From NCBI GenBank assembly GCA_050246815.1, contig JBFWVI010000031.1, forward strand, positions 1 through 38,088: 38,088 nt of DNA, given 5' to 3'. Of this stretch, positions 19,501 through 27,387 are shown piece after piece (position 1 is the first letter of the stretch; the number at the start of each line of letters is the position of its first letter). Origin of the DNA: Bdellovibrionales bacterium (GTDB lineage Bacteria; Bdellovibrionota; Bdellovibrionia; Bdellovibrionales; UBA1609). A model generated the notes under the pieces. The model did not search any database, had not been told where the DNA came from, and saw only the letters and a program-made list of their open reading frames with translations. The translations under genes and the position numbers were made by a program.

Positions 19501-19869
19501 TTATTGGCACAAAATGGTATGTGTCGTGTTAAAGGCTCCATATAATGGAGAACCATTAGTTTGCTCTAGTTTTGCTTCGAATTTGCCCGCACCTACGAGC
19601 TGGAAAGCATCTCTGCCGAATATGAATCCAGTTTCAGTTAACTTAAGCCTTGTGCGACGCTTAATATCGCCAGCTAAATTCTTAGCAATATAAATATCTC
19701 CCAAATCATCCGCACCAACACGCTCTAATATTGTTGTGTCATTATAGAGCAGATGAGAAACCCTGGGATCTGTGGAGTGAATTTCACGACACGACAAAGT
19801 ATTCCCCACACCCATAGCGTATGTGTTTAGGCCAAAAGCTATTGCTAAAAATCCAATTAATTTCTTCAT
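19501..19869 (-). CDS. Small secreted hypothetical protein, 122 aa
   Basis: RBS AGGGGG; signal peptide MKKLIGFLAIAFGLNTYA; two Cys near the mature termini. Confidence 0.8.
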   Translation of the reverse strand: MKKLIGFLAIAFGLNTYAMGVGNTLSCREIHSTDPRVSHLLYNDTTILERVGADDLGDIYIAKNLAGDIKRRTRLKLTETGFIFGRDAFQLVGAGKFEAKLEQTNGSPLYGAFNTTHTILCQ

Positions 19870-20063
19870 TTATACCCCCTAGATTGTTTTTACTCAGGTC
19901 GAAAGCCGAGCTGCCCCCAATTAACCGCTGGCCCCAATAATAATCAAGACTATTATAGTTATAGGTATACAACTTTAAGCTATATATTAGGATAGAATTT
20001 CATGAATGCTCACAAGATATTGTTATACCCACACTCTATTAGCTATGAACTAAAAGGTCACAT

Positions 20064-20960
20064 ATGGCTCTCATTGAACATCTCGAAAAACTCAGACACT
20101 TCTATAAATTAACCCTGTACTCCTCGATCAATGAAGCCGCCACTAAAACAGGTATGTCACAGGCTGGGCTTTCTAAAAGTCTGATTCTTTTAGAGCGAGA
20201 GTTAAGCTGCAAGCTTTTCAATCGTTCTCGAGAGGGCCTTACGCTAACGCGTGAAGGAGCAGATGTTTTACGTGTTACTAAAAAAATTTTGAGTGATACA
20301 TCTGATCTCGAAAATCGACTTCAATCATTACGAGCCTCATCAACACCGAAGGTTATTCGGATCGGCATGTATGACAGTATTGCTGTTTATTTGGGGGTGG
20401 AGCTTCAGAAGTATCTAAAAAAAATCTATCCAAAGGTGACGTTGCATCTTCGTTCCGAAAGTAGCGCGGCATTGCTGGAAAGGATAGAAGCATCAGAGCT
20501 TGATATCGCGGTTGGAGTCAATTTTTCTCATACGCCCAAACTAAATGTTAAATATTGGCCATTATTTGACGACCACTATTCCTTTTATAAGGCGGCTAGT
20601 TTAGCCAACTCTGTCGAAGAAACTACCTATTTAATACACGAGGGCGCGGCCGATAAATCCGGCTCAACTTTGGATAAAATCTTGAGAGCAGAATTAAAAA
20701 ATAAAATCGTTCATCGCATTCAAAATTTTGAAACACTCAAGTCTCTTACCGTGCAAGGGCTTGGTGTAGGTGTGTTGCCGACACAAGTGGCACGGCCGCT
20801 AATAACAACCGGGGAGCTCATTCAGATCCATCCGGCCAAACATCGCCAATTATTTGGTCAGCACAATATTGGCTTTTTAGTTCGCTCAGAAACAGCCGAT
20901 GCCTTTAGCGATTTTATCCAGGACATTCTGAGGGTGGGGTCACGCTGGATGAAAATATAG
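20064..20960 (+). CDS. LysR family transcriptional regulator
   Basis: SINEAATKTGMSQAGLSKSLILLERELSCKLFNRSREGLTLTREG HTH; IRIG, LDIAV and GLGVGVLP in the substrate domain. Confidence 0.95.
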   Translation: MALIEHLEKLRHFYKLTLYSSINEAATKTGMSQAGLSKSLILLERELSCKLFNRSREGLTLTREGADVLRVTKKILSDTSDLENRLQSLRASSTPKVIRIGMYDSIAVYLGVELQKYLKKIYPKVTLHLRSESSAALLERIEASELDIAVGVNFSHTPKLNVKYWPLFDDHYSFYKAASLANSVEETTYLIHEGAADKSGSTLDKILRAELKNKIVHRIQNFETLKSLTVQGLGVGVLPTQVARPLITTGELIQIHPAKHRQLFGQHNIGFLVRSETADAFSDFIQDILRVGSRWMKI

Positions 20961-20971
20961 TGTGTGTCGCT

Positions 20972-21529
20972 TCATATTTTCCCCCACTCAGCCTGAAGAC
21001 CCAGCTTCTCAATCCAAAGCTGCAAATACTCGTCATCGACTTTTGCACCCGCCAGGATTTCACGAATATCGGTGAGATGCTTTTCCGCTCCACCCTCACG
21101 ATAGTAATCAAGTTTCTTGAGGATGATGTTTTCAGGCGCTGCGATATAAACTTCAAATTGAGGCGTGATTTCAACTTTGGCTCGACGGCTGAATTCTGAC
21201 TGATGATATTCAGTGTCTTTATACAGAACAATGTCGATCTTAATTCCTGATTGCTGGTGAATCAGGTTGAATGAGCCGCGGCGAACGACTTCATCCGTTA
21301 GGACCTCAATCGGCGGGCAATAGTAGTCCTCAATCGGGAAAATTTGGGTGAATTTGACAACCACGCCGGGACGCAGTTGCACAACAAGATCAACATCTTT
21401 CGTGAAACGGGGGCGACCATAGTACATGGAGCCCAACGAGCCCACCAGAAAATAAGGAATATTTTCTTCATCAAGCCGAATCACCACATCACGAAGCACT
21501 TCGATGGGACCCAAAGCTTGAAAAGTCAA
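20972..21529 (-). CDS. MenT1-like nucleotidyltransferase (putative toxin)
   Basis: LVGSLGSMYYGRPRFTKDVDLVV NTase motif, KIDIV, PENIILKKL and KHLTDI; TTG start overlapping the upstream stop (TTGA) with a GAGG RBS. Confidence 0.8.
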   Translation of the reverse strand: MTFQALGPIEVLRDVVIRLDEENIPYFLVGSLGSMYYGRPRFTKDVDLVVQLRPGVVVKFTQIFPIEDYYCPPIEVLTDEVVRRGSFNLIHQQSGIKIDIVLYKDTEYHQSEFSRRAKVEITPQFEVYIAAPENIILKKLDYYREGGAEKHLTDIREILAGAKVDDEYLQLWIEKLGLQAEWGKI

Positions 21530-21735
21530 ATCTGCCCTCGTTTTCCCTCATCATCAGGTAGACTGCGAAAATACTCAATCGTCATCTTATGCAGTTCTTC
21601 GTCAGAAAGTTCTGGATGCAATTTGGAAAATCGTGTTTTCTTAACAAGAAAGGCGTCCTTGAACATTTGGTTCGCCATCTCAAGGTTGGTCCATTTTCTT
21701 TTTGGATGTGAGAACTTTAAAGACTTCGGCATCAC
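21526..21735 (-). CDS. Small MenA1-like putative antitoxin, 69 aa
   Basis: LEMANQMFKDAFLVKKTRFSKLHPELSDEELHKMTIEYFRSLP; coupled to the NTase gene by a 4-nt overlap; start GTG 21735 or ATG 21732. Confidence 0.7.
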   Translation of the reverse strand: MMPKSLKFSHPKRKWTNLEMANQMFKDAFLVKKTRFSKLHPELSDEELHKMTIEYFRSLPDDEGKRGQI

Positions 21736-21761
21736 ACCGCCGTCGTCAAACTGGTTTGTGG

Positions 21762-21778
21762 CGTTGCCTTAGGCAACG
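21762..21778. repeat. 17-bp palindrome abutting the tRNA CCA end
   Basis: CGTTGCCT-T-AGGCAACG. Confidence 0.85.
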
Positions 21779-21862
21779 TGGTACCCGGGACAGGACTTGA
21801 ACCTGCACACCTTTCGGCACTAGATCCTAAGTCTAGCGTGTCTGCCATTCCACCACCCGGGC
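21779..21862 (-). tRNA. tRNA-Leu(TAG)
   Basis: Reverse complement GCCCGGGTGGTGGAATGGCAGACACG-CTAGA-CTTAGGA-TCTAG-variable arm-GCAGGTTCAAGTCCTGT-CCCGGGTACCA. Confidence 0.97.
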
Positions 21863-21870
21863 ATAAAAAA

Positions 21871-22263
21871 CTATTTCTTCTGCGTGATCTTTTTGTAATC
21901 CGGCGCACGCATTAAGTTGGCCAATTCCTTTTCAGAATCCATCTCAATGCGGATCATCCAGCCGTCGTTCATCGGGTCATCGTTCAGTGTTCCAGGGTTG
22001 TCGACGATCGAGGTGTTGATCTCGATCACAGTGCCCGAAACCGGGGCGACCAAGTCGCTTACCGCTTTGACACTTTCAACCACGCCAAAGGGCTCACCTT
22101 GGGTGACCTTTTGGCCCTCTTCAGGAAGCTCGACATAAACCACTTCGCCCAAAGAGTCTTGCGCATATTCGGTGATGCCCACAGTGACGACATTTTCGTC
22201 GACCTGAGCCCACTCGTGATCTTTGGTGTAGTAATACTCTTCGGGGACGTTGAAAGTGCTCAT
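21871..22263 (-). CDS. gcvH: Glycine cleavage system H protein
   Basis: YTKDHEW, GITEYAQDSLGEVVYVELP and VESVKAVSD lipoyl-lysine motif. Confidence 0.98.
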   Translation of the reverse strand: MSTFNVPEEYYYTKDHEWAQVDENVVTVGITEYAQDSLGEVVYVELPEEGQKVTQGEPFGVVESVKAVSDLVAPVSGTVIEINTSIVDNPGTLNDDPMNDGWMIRIEMDSEKELANLMRAPDYKKITQKK

Positions 22264-23366
22264 GTTTTGCTCCTGTTCACATCAATAAAAGGCGTCTTCA
22301 CCACGCGGGCCTGGACTTTACGTCCGCGAATATCCACGTTCAACAGCGTTCCCACCTCGGCAAACGCCACATCGACATAGGCGATGCCGATATTGTCATT
22401 CAGACTGGGCGACACGGTGCCACTGGTTACCTTGCCAATTTCTTTATTGTCAAAAGAAAACAAGGCGTAGCCCGCACGCGGGATACCCCGCTCGGTCATG
22501 ATCAGTCCAATCAATTTTCTTTTCAAGCCCGCAGCCTTGTACTTCAGCATAGGCTCTTTACCCACAAAGTCTTTTTGGTCGGGCTTCACCACCCAACCCA
22601 GGCCCGCTTCATAGGGATTGGACTCATCGTCGATCTCGTGGCCGTAAAGCGAATATTTCATCTCAGTGCGCAAGGTGTCGCGCGCGCCGAGCCCCACCGG
22701 CTGTGCGCCAAAGGCCTCGCCCTGCTTCAGCATCTCTTGCCACAAAGCCACAGTCTTTTCGGCCGGCACAAAAACCTCAACACCCTCTTCTCCTGTGTAG
22801 CCAGTGCGCGCGATCATGCAGCGCGCGCCTTGAAATGATTCCCAAGTAAAATGAAAGCCCGGCGCATCGGCGGCAGCTTGTGAGAAAACTTTGGCGATCA
22901 ACTTCAAAGCTTTCGGCCCTTGCACCGCGATCTGGCCCCACAGGGAGCTTTCATCGCTGATTTCAGCGCCGCGATTATGAGCCTTCATCCATTTAAAATC
23001 TTTTTCGGTGTTTGAGGCATTCACGCAAACTAAATAATCTTGGCCATACTCAACGCAATAAATAATCAAGTCATCGACGATGCCACCCTTGTCATTCGTC
23101 AGCAGACCATACTGCGCCTGCCCCTTTTGCACTTTGGCCACATCATTCGAGGTCAGCCACTGCAAGGTCTCAAGGCTTTTGGGGCCTTTCACACGAATTT
23201 CACCCATATGCGAAACGTCGAACAAACCCACATTTTCACGAGTGTTCATGTGCTCTTGGCGCAACCCCTTGTACTCGACGGGCATGTACCAGCCGGCGAA
23301 ATCGACCATTTTGGCGCCCAGCTTTTCATGCTCGGCCGTGAGTGGAGTTTGACGAGGATTGAACAT
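22260..23366 (-). CDS. gcvT: Glycine cleavage system T protein (aminomethyltransferase)
   Basis: FAGWYMPVEY, LFDVSHMGE, ARTGYTGEEG and GLGARDTLRTE; start ATG 23366 (or GTG 23372). Confidence 0.98.
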   Translation of the reverse strand: MFNPRQTPLTAEHEKLGAKMVDFAGWYMPVEYKGLRQEHMNTRENVGLFDVSHMGEIRVKGPKSLETLQWLTSNDVAKVQKGQAQYGLLTNDKGGIVDDLIIYCVEYGQDYLVCVNASNTEKDFKWMKAHNRGAEISDESSLWGQIAVQGPKALKLIAKVFSQAAADAPGFHFTWESFQGARCMIARTGYTGEEGVEVFVPAEKTVALWQEMLKQGEAFGAQPVGLGARDTLRTEMKYSLYGHEIDDESNPYEAGLGWVVKPDQKDFVGKEPMLKYKAAGLKRKLIGLIMTERGIPRAGYALFSFDNKEIGKVTSGTVSPSLNDNIGIAYVDVAFAEVGTLLNVDIRGRKVQARVVKTPFIDVNRSKT

Positions 23367-23372
23367 CGCCAC

Positions 23373-23401
23373 AATCTGCTCGGGCCATCCCCCAGAGTCA
23401 A
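23373..23401 (-). promoter_or_regulatory. Probable sigma70 promoter of gcvT
   Basis: TTGACT-N17-CAGATT ending 6 nt before the ATG. Confidence 0.55.
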
Positions 23402-23497
23402 GCCTGGGCAGACCCCAAAATGGTCACCCCATTTGTAAGCTTTACACATAAAATTCTCAGCTTTTTCAATAAGATATCTACTTTTGACCTCGTCCTC

Positions 23498-23514
23498 TTG
23501 GCCTTTATTTTGCT
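23498..23514 (+). promoter_or_regulatory. Candidate sigma54 (-24/-12) promoter of the transglycosylase gene
   Basis: TTGGCCTTTATTTTGCT has exact GG-N10-GC spacing. Confidence 0.5.
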
Positions 23515-23565
23515 CTTTTTGATTTTGAGTTCATGCGCCCCCAAAGGCGCAAGAGGGGACCTGAA

Positions 23566-25419
23566 GTGATCTTAAAGCCTTACTCCACATGGATTTTGGC
23601 CATTTTTTTGGGCTTGAGCGTGGTGCGCTGTGCTCCGCCTGGAGGCTATGAGGCGACAGATTCAGGAGCGCAGAATTCGACAACTGGTTTTGCTAACCGC
23701 GCAGGTACGCCTTACACCGCAGGTGGCGACGCGCGCATTATTGAAGAACGCAGAAAACAGACACCCGCCCCGTCCTCAGAGTCCAAACTATTGGCCGAAA
23801 GCATCACCAATGTGCAGGTTGTTCGCGTCAATCAGGCTGGCAAAATTGATCGATTCGGCACGCAAGAAGCGCGCGGCGCGATTGTGTTTTCTGGCCTGGG
23901 TCGCATGACCTTCAGCAGCCGATTGGCCGGTAGCACCGGGCAAAAAATCCGTAGCGCACCGATCAAGCTGGCTCCCCACTTGATCTTGGAATTGGAGTTT
24001 GAAGATGACCCCACTAAACGCTACAGCTCGGGCGTCGTGCACCTGAAGCAACTGGACCAGCGCCAACGCGAAAAAGCCCAGGCTGATATTTATTTACGCA
24101 GCTACTCGGCATCGGTGCAAACCACGCTCTCAACCGAGCAAGATCTTGAACCCGTCAACCAACAATTCGTCAAACTGCTGCAAGATCGAGCCTTCGCATG
24201 GGTGTCGAATATCGTGATTCAAAATGGACGCTCGTTTTACGAAGTGCAGCTGTTCGCCGCGCAAAACTTAAGTGAAAAAAATATCGGCGAAGTGGCTCAA
24301 CTTGCCGCCGGCCGTCGCTTATTCTCATTCGCCGGTGAAGCCTTGCGCATAGGCGACTTTGGCGACTCCCCTGCAACTCGCCTGGACTATGGCATCATGA
24401 CTCCAAAATCCGTGCACATGATCGGCGACGCCGAAGACGAAGATCAACGGACCTTCGCCGTTGTGATCGAAGGTTATCAGGGACAAAAATCCATTGATCT
24501 GGCTTTGAGTATCGAAAAGCCCCATGCGGATATCCCAACCCCAAGTCAATTGCCGATGAAAGGCCTCAGTGCCAACTCTTACTTGCGGGTTGATTACAAC
24601 GACGTAAGCCGCCCCGGCATCCGCAAAATGATCGACGATTTCGAAGGCAATTATCAAGTTGTCGGCGTGCAAGAGAAAATTCGTGGCTTCACCAGCGACC
24701 CCAAAAGGCGCGCCCACTTGGTGAATGCGCTGAACAACGCCCAACCGTTCCGCCCCTTGATCCAAACCATTTTTCAAAACTACGGCATCGCACCTCCGGC
24801 TGCTCTGGTGACTTTTATTGAATCGGCGTTTTTCGCCAGCGGCAATTATGTATTGGAGACCAATCCGGTTAGCACCGCCAGCGGCCCCTTTCAATTGCTG
24901 TACGGCACCGCCCGCAGATTCGGGATGAGGGTGTTCGAAAACAAAGAGGGCGCGCTGCCCAACAAAGCAGATCATCGCCTGTACTTTGTCCCCTCGGCCT
25001 GTGGCGCGGCCAAACATTTAAAAGATTCAGTGGTCAGCATCGCCAAACGCGACTCGACCATGGCTATCGCCGCTTATTATTTGGGTAATGCTGGCGTGGC
25101 GGGTGCCATCCACAAAGTGCTGACCGGTTCAAAAGCACAAAAAAAGGATCTGCTGGGACTGATCAAGAAATACAATTTCTTGTACCGCGACGTGGCCCGC
25201 CAACACATGCTGCCGCCCCATGTTTTGGATTATACGAATAAAGCCTTGGCGCTTTATTTTGTGACCGGCAATCCAATCTTACATAACTTCGCTTGGGCGG
25301 ACGAGCCTCGCAGCAAGCTGCCGGCTGGCAAAGTTTTACCCCCCATTGGCGAAATCAAAGACCCCATCTGCCGGCAAAGCATCCACGATTTGGGCGCAGA
25401 AAAGTTGCTTCGACCCTGA
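23566..25419 (+). CDS. Exported protein with C-terminal SLT/MltD-like lytic transglycosylase domain
   Basis: FIESAF (catalytic Glu), ASGPFQLLYGTARRFGM and AIAAYYLG; N-terminal signal/lipobox-like LGLSVVRC; start GTG 23566 after GAGGGG (ORF opens at 23533). Confidence 0.82.
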   Translation: MILKPYSTWILAIFLGLSVVRCAPPGGYEATDSGAQNSTTGFANRAGTPYTAGGDARIIEERRKQTPAPSSESKLLAESITNVQVVRVNQAGKIDRFGTQEARGAIVFSGLGRMTFSSRLAGSTGQKIRSAPIKLAPHLILELEFEDDPTKRYSSGVVHLKQLDQRQREKAQADIYLRSYSASVQTTLSTEQDLEPVNQQFVKLLQDRAFAWVSNIVIQNGRSFYEVQLFAAQNLSEKNIGEVAQLAAGRRLFSFAGEALRIGDFGDSPATRLDYGIMTPKSVHMIGDAEDEDQRTFAVVIEGYQGQKSIDLALSIEKPHADIPTPSQLPMKGLSANSYLRVDYNDVSRPGIRKMIDDFEGNYQVVGVQEKIRGFTSDPKRRAHLVNALNNAQPFRPLIQTIFQNYGIAPPAALVTFIESAFFASGNYVLETNPVSTASGPFQLLYGTARRFGMRVFENKEGALPNKADHRLYFVPSACGAAKHLKDSVVSIAKRDSTMAIAAYYLGNAGVAGAIHKVLTGSKAQKKDLLGLIKKYNFLYRDVARQHMLPPHVLDYTNKALALYFVTGNPILHNFAWADEPRSKLPAGKVLPPIGEIKDPICRQSIHDLGAEKLLRP

Positions 25420-25429
25420 TGGTGCAAGT

Positions 25430-26287
25430 TTAGCTGAGCTCAGCCAATTGCAGAGTATTTTCCAGCAACATCGTGATCGTCATGGGACCCACTCCCCCAG
25501 GCACCGGGGTCAGCGCCGACACCCAACCTTGAAGTTCCGCCCCGCGCACATCTCCCACCAACTTAGTTTTGCCGTCGGGTAAATTTTGGCGATGCATTCC
25601 CACGTCCACGACCACCGCGTCTTTCTTGAAAGCCGATTTGCCCAAAAACTCAGGCTGACCTGCGGCCACCACCACGATGTCACCTTGGCGGGTAAAGGAC
25701 TCAAGATCCTTGGTGCGCGAATGACAAATCGTCACGGTTGCATTGGCGGCCAACAACAGTTGAGCCATGGGTTTTCCGACAATCTGACTGCGCCCGACCA
25801 CCACCGCATGACGACCTTCGATCGGAATCTTGTAGTACTCTAGAATTTTCATCACACCAAAAGGTGTGCACGATACACTGCGCGGCCGCCCCGCCAACAG
25901 CAAGCCGAGGTTGGCACTGGTCAAACCATCGGGATCTTTTTCAGGCGCGATCAAATTGGTCAGCTGGTCGCTATTGAGCGGCTTTGGTAGGGGCAGTTGC
26001 AGCAGGATTCCGTGCACTTCTGGATTTTGATTAAGCGCTTGAATCTGGCGCCGCACCTGGTCCATTGTTGCGTTGGCTGGCAATCGATATTCCATCGAGC
26101 GGATACCCACCGCCTCACAAGCGGCAATCTTGTTGCGCACATAGACAGCGCTGGCCGGGTCATCCCCCACCAAGATCACAGCCAGTCCCGGCACCTTATG
26201 GCGCTGAGCTTGAAAGGCCTTGATCCGCTCCGTCAGCTGCTTGCGGCGGGTCTGCGCCACCAATTTGCCGTCTAAAATCAGCATCAA
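25430..26287 (-). CDS. folD: Bifunctional methylenetetrahydrofolate dehydrogenase/cyclohydrolase
   Basis: LAVILVGDDPASAVYVRNK, GILLQLPLP, VGRSQIVGKP and TPVPGGVGPMT. Confidence 0.98.
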   Translation of the reverse strand: MMLILDGKLVAQTRRKQLTERIKAFQAQRHKVPGLAVILVGDDPASAVYVRNKIAACEAVGIRSMEYRLPANATMDQVRRQIQALNQNPEVHGILLQLPLPKPLNSDQLTNLIAPEKDPDGLTSANLGLLLAGRPRSVSCTPFGVMKILEYYKIPIEGRHAVVVGRSQIVGKPMAQLLLAANATVTICHSRTKDLESFTRQGDIVVVAAGQPEFLGKSAFKKDAVVVDVGMHRQNLPDGKTKLVGDVRGAELQGWVSALTPVPGGVGPMTITMLLENTLQLAELS

Positions 26288-26313
26288 GCCCCCTTATTTC
26301 GTGAGCTTGAAGA

Positions 26314-26369
26314 TCTACCACCGTTTCCGGTCGCCGACAATTGACCAGCAGCACGAAAGGCCCTATAAA
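26314..26369 (+). promoter_or_regulatory. Tandem candidate sigma28 and sigma70 promoters
   Basis: TCTA-N15-GCCGACAA (26314-26340) immediately followed by TTGACC-N17-TATAAA (26341-26369). Confidence 0.55.
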
Positions 26370-26399
26370 AGAGGCTCCTTAAAAGCTGGCGGAGGCCCC

Positions 26400-26633
26400 A
26401 TGGCGGAAAAAGTAAAGTTATCCGAAGACGGAAGTTCGATCGATTTCGTGCAATCGGATAGCCTACCCACCTCAATCAAAAAATTTCGCCAAAGCCCCGA
26501 AATCGAAGGTTTCTATCGTTTTGTCTTTGAAAACGATCTGCAGCGCGAAGCCCACGAGATTCTTGAAAAAATCATCTTCCGCCGCAAACAAGAAAAAGCC
26601 ACGGCTAAGATCGCCGCACGCAAAACCAAATAA
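26400..26633 (+). CDS. Small hypothetical protein, 77 aa, with basic tail
   Basis: RBS GGAGG, ATG 26400; KFRQSPEIEGFYRFVFENDLQREA core. Confidence 0.8.
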   Translation: MAEKVKLSEDGSSIDFVQSDSLPTSIKKFRQSPEIEGFYRFVFENDLQREAHEILEKIIFRRKQEKATAKIAARKTK

Positions 26634-26764
26634 AAAACTCACCCGCGGACTAGCCACCGGACCAGCCCATATCCGATCACCGGATTTGGGTAGGCCAGTC
26701 TGTCAGTTTGACCATAGGCCGCGCGCCACCCTCGCTTGCAGAGCAACTCCGCTATGGAGGCTCT

Positions 26765-27016
26765 ATGAAGACAATACGCAACCGACGGGGACAAGGGCTT
26801 ATCGAATATCTCATCTTAGTGGCCTTGATGGCAGTCGCGACCATCGGCGTGGTTCGTGCGCTAAGCTACGCGGTCCAAACCCGCTTTGCGAATACCATCT
26901 ACGCCATTCACGGCAGCAATAAAAAAATCAACACCGAAACCTTCGATGAAGGCTTGGTCAAAAAACGGGACCTGAGCGATTTCATGACTGGTGCCGCACA
27001 GGGTGACAAAAAGTGA
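26765..27016 (+). CDS. flp: Flp family type IVb/c pilin
   Basis: RBS GGAGG; MKTIRNRRG|QGLIEYLILVALMAVATIGVV with E5/Y6 Flp motif. Confidence 0.92.
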   Translation: MKTIRNRRGQGLIEYLILVALMAVATIGVVRALSYAVQTRFANTIYAIHGSNKKINTETFDEGLVKKRDLSDFMTGAAQGDKK

Positions 27017-27387
27017 GCCGGCGCGGCGCCATGGCCATTGAAAGTATTGGCGTCTTGATTGCGTCGGTTGCCATCATCGGTTTTTTATTTCATTTGGCTC
27101 GCTCGGCGGTCTCGCATCTTTGGCTTGATCATACGCTTTACGAAGCACTGATCTGCTTGGCCGAGCAGCAGCCCACAACCCGATGCCGGCAGCGTGCCGA
27201 ACAAAGCGCTAGGCGGATTCCCCTCGGCGTTGACCAAATTCAAATTCACCTTTGGCGCGCAGGCCCGGATGGACAAGGAGAAATTCAATGGCAAGGGCCA
27301 CTCAACTTAAGAGGACGCATTCGCAAAAAGCTCGACCTAAAACGCATCCTGAAGGCGGATTTGCGTTCATCACGTTGTTGCTATTAG
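27013..27387 (+). CDS. TadE-like minor pilin
   Basis: SRRG|AMAIE followed by a hydrophobic helix; Cys pair; GTGA overlap with flp. Confidence 0.75.
   Translation: MSRRGAMAIESIGVLIASVAIIGFLFHLARSAVSHLWLDHTLYEALICLAEQQPTTRCRQRAEQSARRIPLGVDQIQIHLWRAGPDGQGEIQWQGPLNLRGRIRKKLDLKRILKADLRSSRCCY

Noticed and set aside
1..21862. Two co-oriented tRNA-Leu genes sharing sequence (e.g. AGGACTTGAACCT) as attL/attR of a 21.8-kb element
   Set aside because: Both are complete tRNAs with different anticodons and acceptor stems; the interval holds housekeeping-type genes and no integrase
21871..23366. Missing gcvP as evidence of a novel GcvT/H function
   Set aside because: Split gcv loci are common; cannot be judged from one window
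24325..25017. Long antisense or alternate-frame ORFs (e.g. 24325-25017, 31815-32453, 36432-37004, 6269-6820, 35465-35977)
   Set aside because: They shadow well-supported genes and show no motifs or RBS
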